DNA of 63,623 nucleotides, filler included, from 4 parts of 4 records of this genome joined end to end with filler, not necessarily neighbours in it, one strand, 5' to 3'. Shown: positions 18,757 to 29,766, numbered from the whole stretch's first letter. Translations and numbers: made by a program. The notes: generated by a model not told the origin, from the letters alone.

Positions 18757-19125
18757 ATGAAAAATTATGTTTTTATCGCCGCAGCAGCGGCAGGACTTCT
18801 TATGGCAGCTCCGGCACAGGCTGGCGATGCAGCTGCAGGTGCAAAAGTATTCAAGAAATGTAAGGCCTGTCATTACGTTGATCGGGAAAAAAACAAATCT
18901 GGCCCGCATTTGGTGAATATCATTGGCCGTGCAGCTGGTGCGGTTGACGGGTTCAAATATTCCAAAGCGATGGCTGGATCGGGTCTGGTTTGGGATGAGG
19001 CAACTTTGGCCGGTTTCCTTGCTAAGCCAAAGAAATACCTAAAAGGCACCAAAATGTCGTTTGCTGGCCTGAAAAAAGAATCCGACATTGCCAATGTGAT
19101 TGCCTATTTAAAATCACCAAAATAG
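18757..19125 (+). CDS. Cytochrome c2-like class I cytochrome c
   Basis: Signal peptide, CKACH, GPHL, GTKMSFAGLK. Confidence 0.93.
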   Translation: MKNYVFIAAAAAGLLMAAPAQAGDAAAGAKVFKKCKACHYVDREKNKSGPHLVNIIGRAAGAVDGFKYSKAMAGSGLVWDEATLAGFLAKPKKYLKGTKMSFAGLKKESDIANVIAYLKSPK

Positions 19126-19126
19126 C

Positions 19127-19158
19127 CTGATGCCCTCGCAGGAGAGGGCGTCAGTTTT
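19127..19158 (+). terminator. Probable intrinsic terminator
   Basis: CTGATGCCCTC-GCAGGA-GAGGGCGTCAG followed by TTTT, right after the cytochrome c stop. Confidence 0.6.
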
Positions 19159-19211
19159 GGTTTGTTGCGGGCTATGGCCCTTCTTGGAAGCTTTTTTACG
19201 GCGAATAAATC

Positions 19212-20363
19212 ATGGATTTGATGAACAAATATCCGCGCTTGTCGGATCTGAAAAAGCCTGCGTCGAGACGCATTCCAAAATTTGTGTTTGCCTATCTTGA
19301 CTCAGGAACAGGCCATGATCGCGCCAAAGACGAAAACAGGGCTTTTCTCGACTCGATCGAGCTAACACCGCAATTCATGCGAGGGCGGGTCGATCCCGAT
19401 CTAACAACCAAGCTTGGCAAAAAAACATTCAAGGCGCCGTTTGGTGCGGCGCCTATTGGTCTGTCATCATTGATCTGGCCCGGGGCGGAATCGATTATTG
19501 GTCGCGCTGCCAAAAGACACGGCTTTCCCTATACGCTGAGCACGGTGGCTGGTGAATCAATCGAAATGATCGCCGAATCTGCGGGCGAAATGGGCTGGTT
19601 TCAGCTTTATGCCCCTCGTGACCGTGATCTGATGCGTGATTTGCTGCGGCGCGCCAAGGGCTGCGGCTACACAACGTTGGTTGTGACCGCTGATGTGCCA
19701 TCACCAAGCCGCCGCGAGCGCATGCGGATTGCGGGCGCGCCACTTGGCAGCCGAGGTAATTCGGCCTTTTCACCGCGCGTCATCTGGCAAAGCATGCTTC
19801 GTCCGGAATGGGCAGTGCGGACCTTGCTGAATGGCGGGGCACGCTTTCGCAATATGGAACCCTATGCCAAGAATAATGGGACGATGGGCATCACCAAATT
19901 CATCGGCGATCAGCTAAACGGCTCGCTTGATTGGGATTATCTAGCTGAAATTCGCGCCGAATGGGATGGCGAAATCTATCTCAAAGGGGTTCTTCATGGA
20001 CAAGATGCAGCGCGGGCGATCAAGCTTGGCGTTGATGGCATTGTTGTCTCAAATCATGGTGGCCGTCAATTAGATGCAGCACCACCACCTTTGGCACAGC
20101 TGTCAGCCATTCGCGCTGCGGTTGGCAAGGATGTGCCGCTGATTGTCGACAGTGGTATCATGTCGGGGCTTGATATTGTGCGGGTATTGTCGGCAGGCGC
20201 TGATTTTGCGCTTGTTGGCCGCGGTTTCATGTATGCCGTTGCCGCCCTTGGCAACAAAGGCGGGGAGCATGCGGCCTCAATCCTTTTGGAAGAAGTTTGC
20301 GATGTAATGGCGCAGCTTGGCCTGTCGTCGATTGATGAGGTCAAGCGGCTTGGAAATGGCTAG
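19212..20363 (+). CDS. FMN-dependent alpha-hydroxy acid oxidase/dehydrogenase (LldD family)
   Basis: WFQLY, LKGVL, VSNHGGRQLD, DSGI, GRGF. Confidence 0.9.
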   Translation: MDLMNKYPRLSDLKKPASRRIPKFVFAYLDSGTGHDRAKDENRAFLDSIELTPQFMRGRVDPDLTTKLGKKTFKAPFGAAPIGLSSLIWPGAESIIGRAAKRHGFPYTLSTVAGESIEMIAESAGEMGWFQLYAPRDRDLMRDLLRRAKGCGYTTLVVTADVPSPSRRERMRIAGAPLGSRGNSAFSPRVIWQSMLRPEWAVRTLLNGGARFRNMEPYAKNNGTMGITKFIGDQLNGSLDWDYLAEIRAEWDGEIYLKGVLHGQDAARAIKLGVDGIVVSNHGGRQLDAAPPPLAQLSAIRAAVGKDVPLIVDSGIMSGLDIVRVLSAGADFALVGRGFMYAVAALGNKGGEHAASILLEEVCDVMAQLGLSSIDEVKRLGNG

Positions 20364-20399
20364 CCCTGGCTAGGTTGTTTTCAGCGCAAGAATGGTGAT

Positions 20400-20924
20400 G
20401 TGATGCTGTCTTTGATTTTGCAACGGATATTTGCTGCTGTTTTAATGGGTCTGATGATGCTGTCACCGGCGATGGCGTCTGACCTGATGTATGGGACGCT
20501 GCAATTTCGCGCAACGATCGGATCAATGCCAAGCAGCGCTGCCTATTTGTCGATCACAAATCATGGTGCCATGGCCGACCGGTTGCTGGCCGCTGAAAGC
20601 AGCCTTTCCCGCAAAACTGAACTTCACACAATGGAGATCACAAATGGCGTTATGAAAATGCGGCAGATTGACGGCGGCATTGCTATTCCGGCTGGCAAGA
20701 CAATCCAGCTGGCACCTGGTGGGTTTCATGTGATGCTGATCGGGTTGAAAGCGCCATTGAATGCTGACGAACGTTACCAAGTGACGTTCGTGTTTGAAAA
20801 AGCCGGAAAGGTCAAACTAACCGGTCTTGCCAAACGCCCTGCCGATTTGAAAATGCCGTCTTCGCATTCATCTGATACGCATTCACCCGACGCGCACTCA
20901 ATGAATATGCCGAAAAGCAACTAG
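20400..20924 (+). CDS. Copper chaperone PCu(A)C
   Basis: ELHTM...VMKMR...PGGFHVML motif; signal peptide; His-containing tail. Confidence 0.88.
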   Translation: MMLSLILQRIFAAVLMGLMMLSPAMASDLMYGTLQFRATIGSMPSSAAYLSITNHGAMADRLLAAESSLSRKTELHTMEITNGVMKMRQIDGGIAIPAGKTIQLAPGGFHVMLIGLKAPLNADERYQVTFVFEKAGKVKLTGLAKRPADLKMPSSHSSDTHSPDAHSMNMPKSN

Positions 20925-20952
20925 CAAAGCCATCATGCGCACGGCCACCAGC

Positions 20953-21426
20953 CTAGAAGATGCCGGCATCTAACCCAGCTGCCACGCCAAGACATAGATC
21001 GCCAACCTGCTCGCAAAATCCATCATTCCAATCGCCATGCAGAATTAAAGGCTCGGCCACCAGTCGCCATTTCAGGCCGCCACAAATGCTTGTCAGTGCG
21101 CGCTTGGTTGCGGTGCCGTCCAATCCGGCGCGGATATAGATCGCAACCGGCTTGGCATCGCTGTGATCCAGCCAGTCATTATAACAACGATCAAACATAT
21201 CCTTGGTTGCGCCAGCCATATATCCAATATTTTCGGTTGTGCCGATGATGACTGCATCGGCGGCCAATAGATCGGGGCTGGTCACATCAAATGGCGAGAC
21301 ACAGCGTATTTTGACCGCACCCTGATCATAGCCATTATAACCAAGGCAGGCATCAAGCCCCGCCTTGGCAAGTGCGGCGGTATTTGGCGATGGCGTATGG
21401 GCAATGATTAACAGGGTTTTTGACAT
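20953..21426 (-). CDS. Flavodoxin-like protein
   Basis: GTTENIGYMAGATKDMFDRCY, RAGLDGT. Confidence 0.75.
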   Translation of the reverse strand: MSKTLLIIAHTPSPNTAALAKAGLDACLGYNGYDQGAVKIRCVSPFDVTSPDLLAADAVIIGTTENIGYMAGATKDMFDRCYNDWLDHSDAKPVAIYIRAGLDGTATKRALTSICGGLKWRLVAEPLILHGDWNDGFCEQVGDLCLGVAAGLDAGIF

Positions 21427-21557
21427 GGGTGAAATTTTAGGCTGTTTTGGCTATATTGCAATGATAGCTGGCTCATTGGCACAATTTGCGGCATGCAGCT
21501 TGCGATGCAAGACACACCAAAGCCAATGCCGGTTCTGGCAGGAAAGGGCAAATTGAT

Positions 21558-21875
21558 ATGAATAAACCCCTCGATCGGGCCGCGATTATCGCCAGTCTTG
21601 AAGATAGGCAAGGCTGGCAATTGACGCCCGAAGATGCGTCTTTGCAAATCATTGAAAAAACTTATTTCTTTAAGAATTTTAACGCTGCTTTCGGGTTTAT
21701 GGGACGGGTTGCCCTGATGGCCGAACGCGCCAATCACCATCCCGAATTTCACAATCAATATCGTCAGGTGACGATTCGCTGGGCAACGCATTCATGCGGT
21801 GGCATTACCGCGCTTGATCTGGAAATGGCAAAGATTTGTGATCAGCTTGCCGTCGATAGCGGGTTGAAGGCCTAG
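21558..21875 (+). CDS. Pterin-4-alpha-carbinolamine dehydratase
   Basis: FKNFNAAFGFM, NHHPE, THSCGGITALD. Confidence 0.9.
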   Translation: MNKPLDRAAIIASLEDRQGWQLTPEDASLQIIEKTYFFKNFNAAFGFMGRVALMAERANHHPEFHNQYRQVTIRWATHSCGGITALDLEMAKICDQLAVDSGLKA

Positions 21876-21909
21876 ATCGATCCGGCTTGCAGCGGCACGC
21901 GGCTGTCCA

Positions 21910-22224
21910 TCACATCGCCCATTGAAGCACCCATAGCGCGACAATACCAACCGCAATTGTGGTGATCATCTGCCGCGTCACCAATGCCGCAATGATCGCC
22001 AGCGCGGCGGCAAATAAACGCGGATTATCCCAAAGGGCAATTGTCTGGTCTGCCGGATCAATCAATATGGCAGGGACAATAATCGCTGTTAGAACCGCAA
22101 TTGGCACAAACCCCAAAGCATCAACAAGCCATTGCGGCGGCCGATTGCTAATGCCATTGCTAAGCATGATAAAACGCGTTGCAAAGGTAAACAGGCCTGC
22201 CGCAATCATGATGAACCAGATCAT
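21910..22224 (-). CDS. azlD: AzlD-family membrane protein
   Basis: FVPIAVLTAIIVP; coupled to the AzlC gene. Confidence 0.8.
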   Translation of the reverse strand: MIWFIMIAAGLFTFATRFIMLSNGISNRPPQWLVDALGFVPIAVLTAIIVPAILIDPADQTIALWDNPRLFAAALAIIAALVTRQMITTIAVGIVALWVLQWAM

Positions 22225-22961
22225 GATGTGGCTCCGGCTTGATGGTTAAGACGGCTGACAAGCCATCCCGCCAGAATGCCGCCAATGGCAGCGGTGATAA
22301 GCCATAAATTCCACGGCAGTGGTTGGCCTAATATGGCAATGGTTCCGGCAGTGACCGCCGCGGCAAGATCGGCGCGGGTTTTTAGAATTGGCGCAACAAT
22401 AGCGATAAAGGTAAGCGGGATGGCGAATGACAATGACCATGAATCGGGGATTGTGCCGCCGACTAGAACACCAAAAATTGTCGAAAATTGCCAGCTTGTC
22501 CACAGCAGCATACCGCTTCCAAGTAGGTGAAAATGCTGATTAGGGCCAGGTGGTTCATGTTTAAATCGCCTGATCGAGATGGCATAGGCCTCATCGGTTA
22601 GCAAATAGCCAAGTAAAATACGCCATCGCAGCGGCAGGTGACGCAAATAGGCCGCGATGGATGCGCTATAGAGAACATGGCGCATATTGATCACGCAAAC
22701 CGACCCGCCAACAATCAAGGCTGGCACACCAGCCGCCCATAGTTGAGCAAACACAATTTGGCTGGCACCACCAAACAGGATGCTTGACATCAAAATTGTT
22801 TGCCATGGGGTTAGGCCGCTTTCGAGGCCAAGAACGCCGAACACAAGGCCAAAGGGTGCAACGCCAAAAATAAGGGGCATTTCCTCGCAAACGCCAGCCC
22901 AGAACTCGCTTCCTGCCGACAGGTTTTGGCTGGCCTTTGGGCTGTTTTGGACTTTTGGCAT
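22221..22961 (-). CDS. azlC: AzlC-family permease
   Basis: FGGASQ, INMRHVLYS, LTDEAYA. Confidence 0.88.
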   Translation of the reverse strand: MPKVQNSPKASQNLSAGSEFWAGVCEEMPLIFGVAPFGLVFGVLGLESGLTPWQTILMSSILFGGASQIVFAQLWAAGVPALIVGGSVCVINMRHVLYSASIAAYLRHLPLRWRILLGYLLTDEAYAISIRRFKHEPPGPNQHFHLLGSGMLLWTSWQFSTIFGVLVGGTIPDSWSLSFAIPLTFIAIVAPILKTRADLAAAVTAGTIAILGQPLPWNLWLITAAIGGILAGWLVSRLNHQAGATS

Positions 22962-23182
22962 GGCAAAATGTCTCTTTATTTAAGAGGGGTTGTCTCGATC
23001 AGCGGCATGATAGCGCAGGGCAAGGAATTAGCAAGCTATCGCCGAATTTTTGGTTGTATGGGCGTGAAATTTGATTACTGGTAAATGCATGGTTAGCAAT
23101 CTTGCAATTCACGTCCGTTTTGGGTACTTCCTAAGGCCGAACCAAACCGAATAATCGACTATTTTGCCAGAGGCCAGCGACC

Positions 23183-24382
23183 ATGACAGCTAATTTCCAA
23201 TTTGCCGACCAGTTAGATGTCGCTGGCAAAACTGTGCTTCTTCGACTTGATGTTAATGTTCCGCTTGCTGACGGGGTGGTTAGCGACGATACCCGCATCC
23301 GGCGTGTTATGCCGGGGGTTCAATCCCTTCTGGTACGCGGTGCAAAAGTTGTTGTGCTAACGCATTTTGGCCGGCCGAAAGGCGCCTTTGTGCCAGCCCT
23401 GACGGTGCGCCCCGTGGCGCAATCAATGGCCGGAATTCTTGGCCAGCCAGTGCCAGTGGAAAGTGATGTTATTGGCCGAGGTGGGAAAAAGGCCGTGGCA
23501 TCTCTGGCAGGTGGCGACATTCTAATGATGGAAAATCTGCGGTTTTATCCTGAAGAAGAAGCCAATGATCTGGCCTTTGCTAAAAGCCTTGCGGCGCTTG
23601 GTGACCTTTATGTTGGTGATGCTTTTTCCTGTGCGCATCGGGCGCATGCGTCGGTTGATGCCTTGCCGCGTTTGATGCCATCGGCGGCTGGACGGTCTTT
23701 TGCGGCCGAACTTGCGGCATTGGATGCGGCGCTATCATCGCCTGTGCGCCCACTTGGGGCGGTTGTTGGCGGTGCAAAAGTATCATCAAAGCTGGCCTTG
23801 CTGGAAAATCTTGTTACCCAGGTCGATGGGCTGGTGCTTGGCGGGGGGATGGCCAATACATTTTTGCTGGCGAAAGGTAAGCCAATTGGCGCCTCGCTTG
23901 CCGAACCTGACATGGTCGATACGGCGCGCCGGATTATGGATGGTGCTGCTGCGCATAATTGCCAGATTCTGCTTCCCCAAGATGTGGTTGTCGCGGGTGA
24001 ATTTAAACTTGGTGCCGCGCATCGCCTTGTCAGCAGTGACGATGTTGCCGATGGCGAAATGATTTTAGATGCTGGTGCCGAATCGGTGGCGGCGGCAATG
24101 GCCTTTCTTGATCGCTGTTCGACAATTGTCTGGAACGGGCCAATGGGCGCGTTTGAGATTCCGCCTTTTGACGCGGCAACCACGGCATTGGCGCGCGCTG
24201 TTGCAGCAAAAACGCAAAATGATGGTCTGATGAGTGTTGCCGGTGGTGGTGATACGATGGCGGCACTTGCAAATGCCGGGGTGAATGACCAATTCTCCTA
24301 TGTATCAACCGCAGGCGGCGCGTTTCTTGAATGGCTTGAGGGCAAACGCTTGCCCGGGGTCGAGGCGTTGCGTATCGACTAG
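23183..24382 (+). CDS. pgk: Phosphoglycerate kinase
   Basis: RLDVNVP, HFGRPKG, HRAHAS, GGAKVSSK, WNGPMG, STAGGAFLEWLEG. Confidence 0.97.
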   Translation: MTANFQFADQLDVAGKTVLLRLDVNVPLADGVVSDDTRIRRVMPGVQSLLVRGAKVVVLTHFGRPKGAFVPALTVRPVAQSMAGILGQPVPVESDVIGRGGKKAVASLAGGDILMMENLRFYPEEEANDLAFAKSLAALGDLYVGDAFSCAHRAHASVDALPRLMPSAAGRSFAAELAALDAALSSPVRPLGAVVGGAKVSSKLALLENLVTQVDGLVLGGGMANTFLLAKGKPIGASLAEPDMVDTARRIMDGAAAHNCQILLPQDVVVAGEFKLGAAHRLVSSDDVADGEMILDAGAESVAAAMAFLDRCSTIVWNGPMGAFEIPPFDAATTALARAVAAKTQNDGLMSVAGGGDTMAALANAGVNDQFSYVSTAGGAFLEWLEGKRLPGVEALRID

Positions 24383-24475
24383 CCATTACGCCCAAAAAAC
24401 GTTTGGTTACAGAACGGTTAGTCATAAGATTTTTGGTTATGGGGCAGGGCTGGATTGCCATAAAGGACAAGCATC

Positions 24476-25135
24476 ATGTTTTTCGATAATCCGTTTAAAT
24501 CGCGTTTGCCAAATGTCGATGAAGCATTGGCCGGTCGCGGCACGGCAGTTTTTGCTGGCGGCAATCATGCGGTGCTTGGCACGGCCCTTACCGGTTCTGT
24601 GCCGAAGGGGATGAAGCAGATTGTCCTTGGTCTTGGCTGTTTTTGGGGTGCCGAACGGCTGTTTTGGAAGCTGCCCGGTGTTCATGTCACGGCGGTTGGC
24701 TATGCTGGCGGGGTGACGCCAAACCCTACTTACGAGGAAACTTGCAGCGGACTGACCGGTCATACTGAGGTTGTGCTGGTGGTTTATGATCCCGCCAAGC
24801 TGACGCTTGACCGTATTTTAACAACATTCTGGCAGGCGCATGACCCCACCCAAGGGTTTCGGCAGGGAAATGATCGCGGCACGCAATATCGGTCGGCGAT
24901 CTTTGTGATGGATGATGATGATCTAGCCATCGTCACCGCAAGCGCCGAACAATATCAAAAGGCGCTGGCAAAAGCCGGATTCGGCCAGATCACAACTGAG
25001 ATCGCGGTTAATGACCAATTTTACTTTGCCGAGGATTATCATCAGCAATATTTGCATAAGGTACCAAATGGCTATTGTGGCCTTCAGGGAACGGGTGTTT
25101 CGGCAGGCCAGGCTGGCGACAATAAAAAGATCTAA
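24476..25135 (+). CDS. msrA: Peptide-methionine (S)-S-oxide reductase
   Basis: [24 protein letters not shown]. Confidence 0.96.
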   Translation: MFFDNPFKSRLPNVDEALAGRGTAVFAGGNHAVLGTALTGSVPKGMKQIVLGLGCFWGAERLFWKLPGVHVTAVGYAGGVTPNPTYEETCSGLTGHTEVVLVVYDPAKLTLDRILTTFWQAHDPTQGFRQGNDRGTQYRSAIFVMDDDDLAIVTASAEQYQKALAKAGFGQITTEIAVNDQFYFAEDYHQQYLHKVPNGYCGLQGTGVSAGQAGDNKKI

Positions 25136-25249
25136 AAAGGCGTGGGAAAAGCGCGATGCAAGGATTGACCTCGGGTCGTGGCAATGTTAGGTTCCGGCCT
25201 CGTTATTAAGCATTTAGGCCTACGGCCGCCGATTTGGGAGCCCCAAATT

Positions 25250-25375
25250 ATGAAAGTTGTTAGTTCACTCAAGACGTTGAAATCGCGCGACCGTCATTGT
25301 CAAGTGGTGCGTCGTCGCGGCAGATTATATGTAATCAACAAGAAGAACCCGCGCCTCAAGGCTCGTCAGGGTTAA
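25250..25375 (+). CDS. rpmJ: 50S ribosomal protein L36 (zinc-independent type)
   Basis: [41 protein letters not shown]. Confidence 0.95.
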   Translation: MKVVSSLKTLKSRDRHCQVVRRRGRLYVINKKNPRLKARQG

Positions 25376-25588
25376 GGCTTTGCGTGGCGCATTGTGCCAC
25401 CAGCCTGTCCAAAGCTTTTAGAATATCCAAGGTACGGTCGGGTTTTCCGGCCGTTTCTTTTGCCCGAATTTCCGATTGCGTCACCTCGGGCTGTTCTGCA
25501 TCATGGCAGGGGGCTGCCTTACGGGGCGGAATGAATAAGTAAGGTGCTATCAGTTTTTTTCGCGGATATATCTACTCAGGAGCCTATC

Positions 25589-27076
25589 ATGCAGATGCCA
25601 GAACCAGATCAGGCCGTTATTGATCGCCGCGAGACCATTTGTCGTGACCTTCGCGAATTGGTCGCCGCCGATTGTGTGATTGATTCGGTTGAAGGGCGCC
25701 GCGCCTATGATGCTGATGGTCTGTCTGCGTATCGTCAGCTTCCGCTCGCCGTGGTTCTGCCAGAAACCGTCCAGCAAATTGCCGCCGTTATGAAATATTG
25801 TCATGGCGAAGGCATCAAAGTAGTGCCGCGCGGGTCAGGCACATCGCTATCTGGCGGCGCTTTACCTTTGGCTGATGCGGTTCTTGTCGGGCTTGGGAAA
25901 TTTAACCGGATTCTTGATGTTGATTATACAAATCGTTGTGTCGTTGCCCAGCCGGGTGTGACCAATCTTGCCATTACCCATGCGGTTCAGGCGGATGGGT
26001 TTTATTATGCGCCCGATCCGTCAAGCCAGATTGCCTGTTCTGTTGGTGGTAATGTTGCCGAAAATTCAGGTGGTGTTCATTGTCTGAAATATGGTCTGAC
26101 AACAAACAATCTTCTTGGGATTGAGCTTGTCACCATTGATGGTGAAATCCTGCGGCTTGGCGGCAAGCATCTTGATGCTGGTGATTATGATTTGATGGGC
26201 GTGATGACCGGGTCTGAAGGTTTGCTTGGCATTGTTAGCGAAGTGACGTTGCGGATTTTGCAAAAGCCAGCAACCCAGCGTGCGCTTCTTGTCGGGTTTG
26301 ATAATACCGGATCAGCGGCAAAGGCTGTTGGCGATGTGATTGGAGCGGGTATTATTCCGGCTGGTATGGAAATGATGGATGGGCTGGCAATTAATGCGGC
26401 TGAAGATTTTGCCAATGCTGGTTATCCACGCGGGGCTGCCGCGCTGCTGATTATAGAACTTGATGGCCCGGAAGTTGAGGTCAATACATTAATTGATCGC
26501 GTTGCCAAAATTATGGATAGCGCCGGTGCGTCATCACTTAAAGTCAGCAATTCCGAAGAAGAGCGCAACCTATTCTGGGCTGGCCGGAAATCAGCTTTTC
26601 CCGCTGTTGGGCGCATTTCGCCCGATTATTTATGTATGGATGGCACAATCCCGCGCCGTCGCCTGCCAGATATGATGGTGCGAATGGCGTCGCTTAGCCA
26701 AAAATATGGATTGCGCGTTGCCAATGTCTTTCATGCTGGTGATGGCAATCTTCACCCGCTGATTCTGTTTGATGCCAACCAACCCGGTGAATTGCAACGA
26801 GCCGAAGATTTTGGTGCTGATATTTTGCGGGCATGTGTTGAAATGGGCGGCGTTTTAACTGGCGAGCATGGTGTTGGCGTTGAAAAACGTGATCTGATGG
26901 GAATTCAATTCACTGAAGAGGACATGAAACAGCAACAACGGCTGAAATGCGCCTTTGATGCTGATCATCTGCTGAATCCGGGAAAGATGTTCCCGCATTT
27001 GCATCGTTGTGCCGAATTGGGGCGGCTTCATGTCCATAAGGGCAAAATGCCATTTCCTGATCTGCCGCGCTTTTAA
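25589..27076 (+). CDS. glcD: Glycolate oxidase subunit GlcD
   Basis: PRGSGTSLSGG, APDPSSQIAC, HAGDGNLHP, GEHGVG; followed by glcE and glcF. Confidence 0.93.
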   Translation: MQMPEPDQAVIDRRETICRDLRELVAADCVIDSVEGRRAYDADGLSAYRQLPLAVVLPETVQQIAAVMKYCHGEGIKVVPRGSGTSLSGGALPLADAVLVGLGKFNRILDVDYTNRCVVAQPGVTNLAITHAVQADGFYYAPDPSSQIACSVGGNVAENSGGVHCLKYGLTTNNLLGIELVTIDGEILRLGGKHLDAGDYDLMGVMTGSEGLLGIVSEVTLRILQKPATQRALLVGFDNTGSAAKAVGDVIGAGIIPAGMEMMDGLAINAAEDFANAGYPRGAAALLIIELDGPEVEVNTLIDRVAKIMDSAGASSLKVSNSEEERNLFWAGRKSAFPAVGRISPDYLCMDGTIPRRRLPDMMVRMASLSQKYGLRVANVFHAGDGNLHPLILFDANQPGELQRAEDFGADILRACVEMGGVLTGEHGVGVEKRDLMGIQFTEEDMKQQQRLKCAFDADHLLNPGKMFPHLHRCAELGRLHVHKGKMPFPDLPRF

Positions 27077-27126
27077 GGTTTTTGGCCACTGCCGGTTTTG
27101 CCGCAGTGATAAGGGTAAGTTTCGAG

Positions 27127-28317
27127 ATGATAAACGTAACCGGGCTTGATGACGCTGCTGCGGTCATCGCCGATGCGATGGAACAGCAACAGCATTTCGG
27201 CGTGCAAGCGATGGCAACAAAGGCCGCGCTTGGCCGCGATGCCGACTATGATGACGTGATAAATGTTTCGGCTTTTTCCGGCATTATCGACTATCAGCCT
27301 GATGAATTGATCCTGACCTTGCGCGCTGGCACGCCAATGCACGAAGTTGAATCGACATTGGCCAGCGCAAACCAGATGTTGGCATTTGAAGTGCCTGACT
27401 TGCATAAGATTCTGGCCAGCCAGTCGGCGGGAACCATTGGCGGCGTTCTGGCAACCAATGCCAGCGGCCCTCGCCGCCTGACCGCCGGTGCCGCGCGTGA
27501 TTATTTGCTTGGGTTTGATGCGATTTCGGGGCGTGGCGAGCGGTTCAAATCGGGCGGCAAGGTGATGAAAAATGTCACTGGTTATGATTTGTCAAAATTG
27601 ATTTGCGGGTCTTATGGCACATTGGCCATCTTTGATGAGGTGACGCTGAAAACGCTGCCAAAGCCGGAAACCAATATCAGCCTTTTATTTCCTTGTGATG
27701 ATCTTAGCGCGGCTGTTGCCCGCATTGCCGGTATTTTTGCCAGTCCACATGAACCCAATGCGGCCGCCATTCTGCCACAAGCCATTGCGGCAAAAGCGGG
27801 TATTGATGTTGCCGGTGCGATGCTGGCCATCATCCGGCTTGAGGGGATTGATGTTTCGGTTGCTGATCGCGCCGCGCATTTGCTGGCAGCGCATAAAGAG
27901 GGTGTAAAGCTTGATAGCGATGCCAGCACCGCACTATGGCAGCAAATCCGGGATGTTGATTTGCTGGCAGATGCCGATGGCGATATCTGGAAATTATCCT
28001 GCGCACCGGCTTCGGCACCGGCAATCACTGCCACACTTTTTGACCATTTTGATTTGCAGTTTTTTGCTGATTGGGCGGGCGGGCTATTATGGCTTGCAGG
28101 ACCGTCAGGGGCGGAATTTGGCACGGCAATGCGATCGGCATTGGCGGCAAATGGCAATGGGCACGCACAATTGATCCGCGATAAAGGTAATAGCAAAGAC
28201 CTCATCGCACCTTTGCAGCCCCTGTCATCAGCACATTATGCGCTTCACAAGCGGGTAAAGGCAGCGTTTGACCCGCGGTCGGTTCTTAATTTTGGCCGTA
28301 TGCACGACGGCATCTAG
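27127..28317 (+). CDS. glcE: Glycolate oxidase subunit GlcE
   Basis: GGKVMKNVTGYDLSKL, DWAGGL, FDP. Confidence 0.92.
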   Translation: MINVTGLDDAAAVIADAMEQQQHFGVQAMATKAALGRDADYDDVINVSAFSGIIDYQPDELILTLRAGTPMHEVESTLASANQMLAFEVPDLHKILASQSAGTIGGVLATNASGPRRLTAGAARDYLLGFDAISGRGERFKSGGKVMKNVTGYDLSKLICGSYGTLAIFDEVTLKTLPKPETNISLLFPCDDLSAAVARIAGIFASPHEPNAAAILPQAIAAKAGIDVAGAMLAIIRLEGIDVSVADRAAHLLAAHKEGVKLDSDASTALWQQIRDVDLLADADGDIWKLSCAPASAPAITATLFDHFDLQFFADWAGGLLWLAGPSGAEFGTAMRSALAANGNGHAQLIRDKGNSKDLIAPLQPLSSAHYALHKRVKAAFDPRSVLNFGRMHDGI

Positions 28318-28329
28318 GGAGCAAGGTTT

Positions 28330-29619
28330 ATGCAAACTCATTTCACCGCTGACCAGCTTGCCGACCCGCAAATCGCCGAAGCTGATGCCATTCTTCGTAA
28401 ATGTGTTCATTGCGGTTTCTGCACGGCCACCTGTCCGACCTTTGTGATTACGGGCGATGAGCGCGACAGCCCGCGTGGCCGCATCTGGATGTTGCGTGAA
28501 GTGCTGGAAAGCCCTGAAACCGTATCAGCTAACACCGGCTATCATATTGACCGTTGCCTTGGCTGTCTGTCTTGTACAACCACCTGTCCATCGGGTGTGG
28601 ATTACCCGCATCTTCTCGATATTGGTCGCGAAAAGCTGGACAAGCTGGTGCCGCGGCCATTTGCCGACAAGATGATGCGCCGCATGCTTGGCATGATCAT
28701 TCCTTATGCTGGCCGGTTTCGGATGATGATTGCGCTGGCGCGGATCGGGTGGTTGTTTCGCTGGGCGATGCCGGCGGCCATGCGCGCGGCTCTGGCCAAG
28801 ATTCCGGCCGAGTTAAAGCCATTTGATCGGGTTGGTGGCCAGAATGCGGTATTTTCGCCCGATCAAAAACCGGTCAAGCGCGTTGCCTTGCTGGCCGGCT
28901 GTGCGCAGCGCGCGCTTGATCCCGAGATCAATGCAAGCACGATCCGCGTTCTCAATCGGCTTGGTGTCGAGGTTGTTGTGCGGTCCGAGGCGCATTGTTG
29001 CGGTGCGTTGGCGCATCATATTGGCGAAACTGATCGGGCGCATCACACGGTTCGGGCGGCGGTTCTGGCATGGTATGATGAAATGAAATCGGGCGGTCTT
29101 GATGCGATTGTTGTGAATGCGTCTGGCTGTGGAACAATGGTCAAGGATTACGGCCATATGATGAAAGATGACGCCGAGCTTGCTAGTATCGCCAAGGCGG
29201 TTTCGGATAAATGCGTTGATGTTTCTGAATTGCTTGATAATCTTGATATCGAGTCGATTTTGCAGCCAGCGCCTGCCGAGGGGCGCGGAAAGATTGCCTA
29301 TCATTCGGCTTGCTCGCTTCAACATGGGCAAAAAATCCATGATTTGCCGTTGCGTTTGCTTCGTCAGGCCGGATTTGATGTGGTGCAACCTCTGAATGGC
29401 CATCTTTGCTGTGGCTCGGCAGGGGTCTATAATATCCTTCAACCCGAGATGGCTGATGAATTAAAAGCGCGTAAATTGGACAGCCTTGATAAAACCGGCG
29501 CGCAATTTGTCGCCGCTGGCAATATTGGCTGTATCACGCAGTTAAACCGGAAAGATTTGCCGGTACGCCATACGGTTCAATTTATTGATTGGGCAACAGG
29601 TGGGCCTAACCCCCGCTAA
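28330..29619 (+). CDS. glcF: Glycolate oxidase Fe-S subunit GlcF
   Basis: CVHCGFCTATCPT, CLGCLSCTTTCPSGV, two CCG domains. Confidence 0.94.
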   Translation: MQTHFTADQLADPQIAEADAILRKCVHCGFCTATCPTFVITGDERDSPRGRIWMLREVLESPETVSANTGYHIDRCLGCLSCTTTCPSGVDYPHLLDIGREKLDKLVPRPFADKMMRRMLGMIIPYAGRFRMMIALARIGWLFRWAMPAAMRAALAKIPAELKPFDRVGGQNAVFSPDQKPVKRVALLAGCAQRALDPEINASTIRVLNRLGVEVVVRSEAHCCGALAHHIGETDRAHHTVRAAVLAWYDEMKSGGLDAIVVNASGCGTMVKDYGHMMKDDAELASIAKAVSDKCVDVSELLDNLDIESILQPAPAEGRGKIAYHSACSLQHGQKIHDLPLRLLRQAGFDVVQPLNGHLCCGSAGVYNILQPEMADELKARKLDSLDKTGAQFVAAGNIGCITQLNRKDLPVRHTVQFIDWATGGPNPR

Positions 29620-29766
29620 TCCAAAGATCATCTTGCTGCATTCGGGTTGAAATTAGTGGTAAATGAACCACATCTTGCTTGGGATAGGTTTAGATGTGTT
29701 TTGTTCCTGATGATCGACGTAACAGACAGGCGACAGCCGACATAAATCTTGAAGTTTGAGATCAAA

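Noticed and set aside
25250-25375. Zinc-free L36 as a zinc-starvation paralogue
   Set aside because: This type is the normal L36 in alphaproteobacteria.
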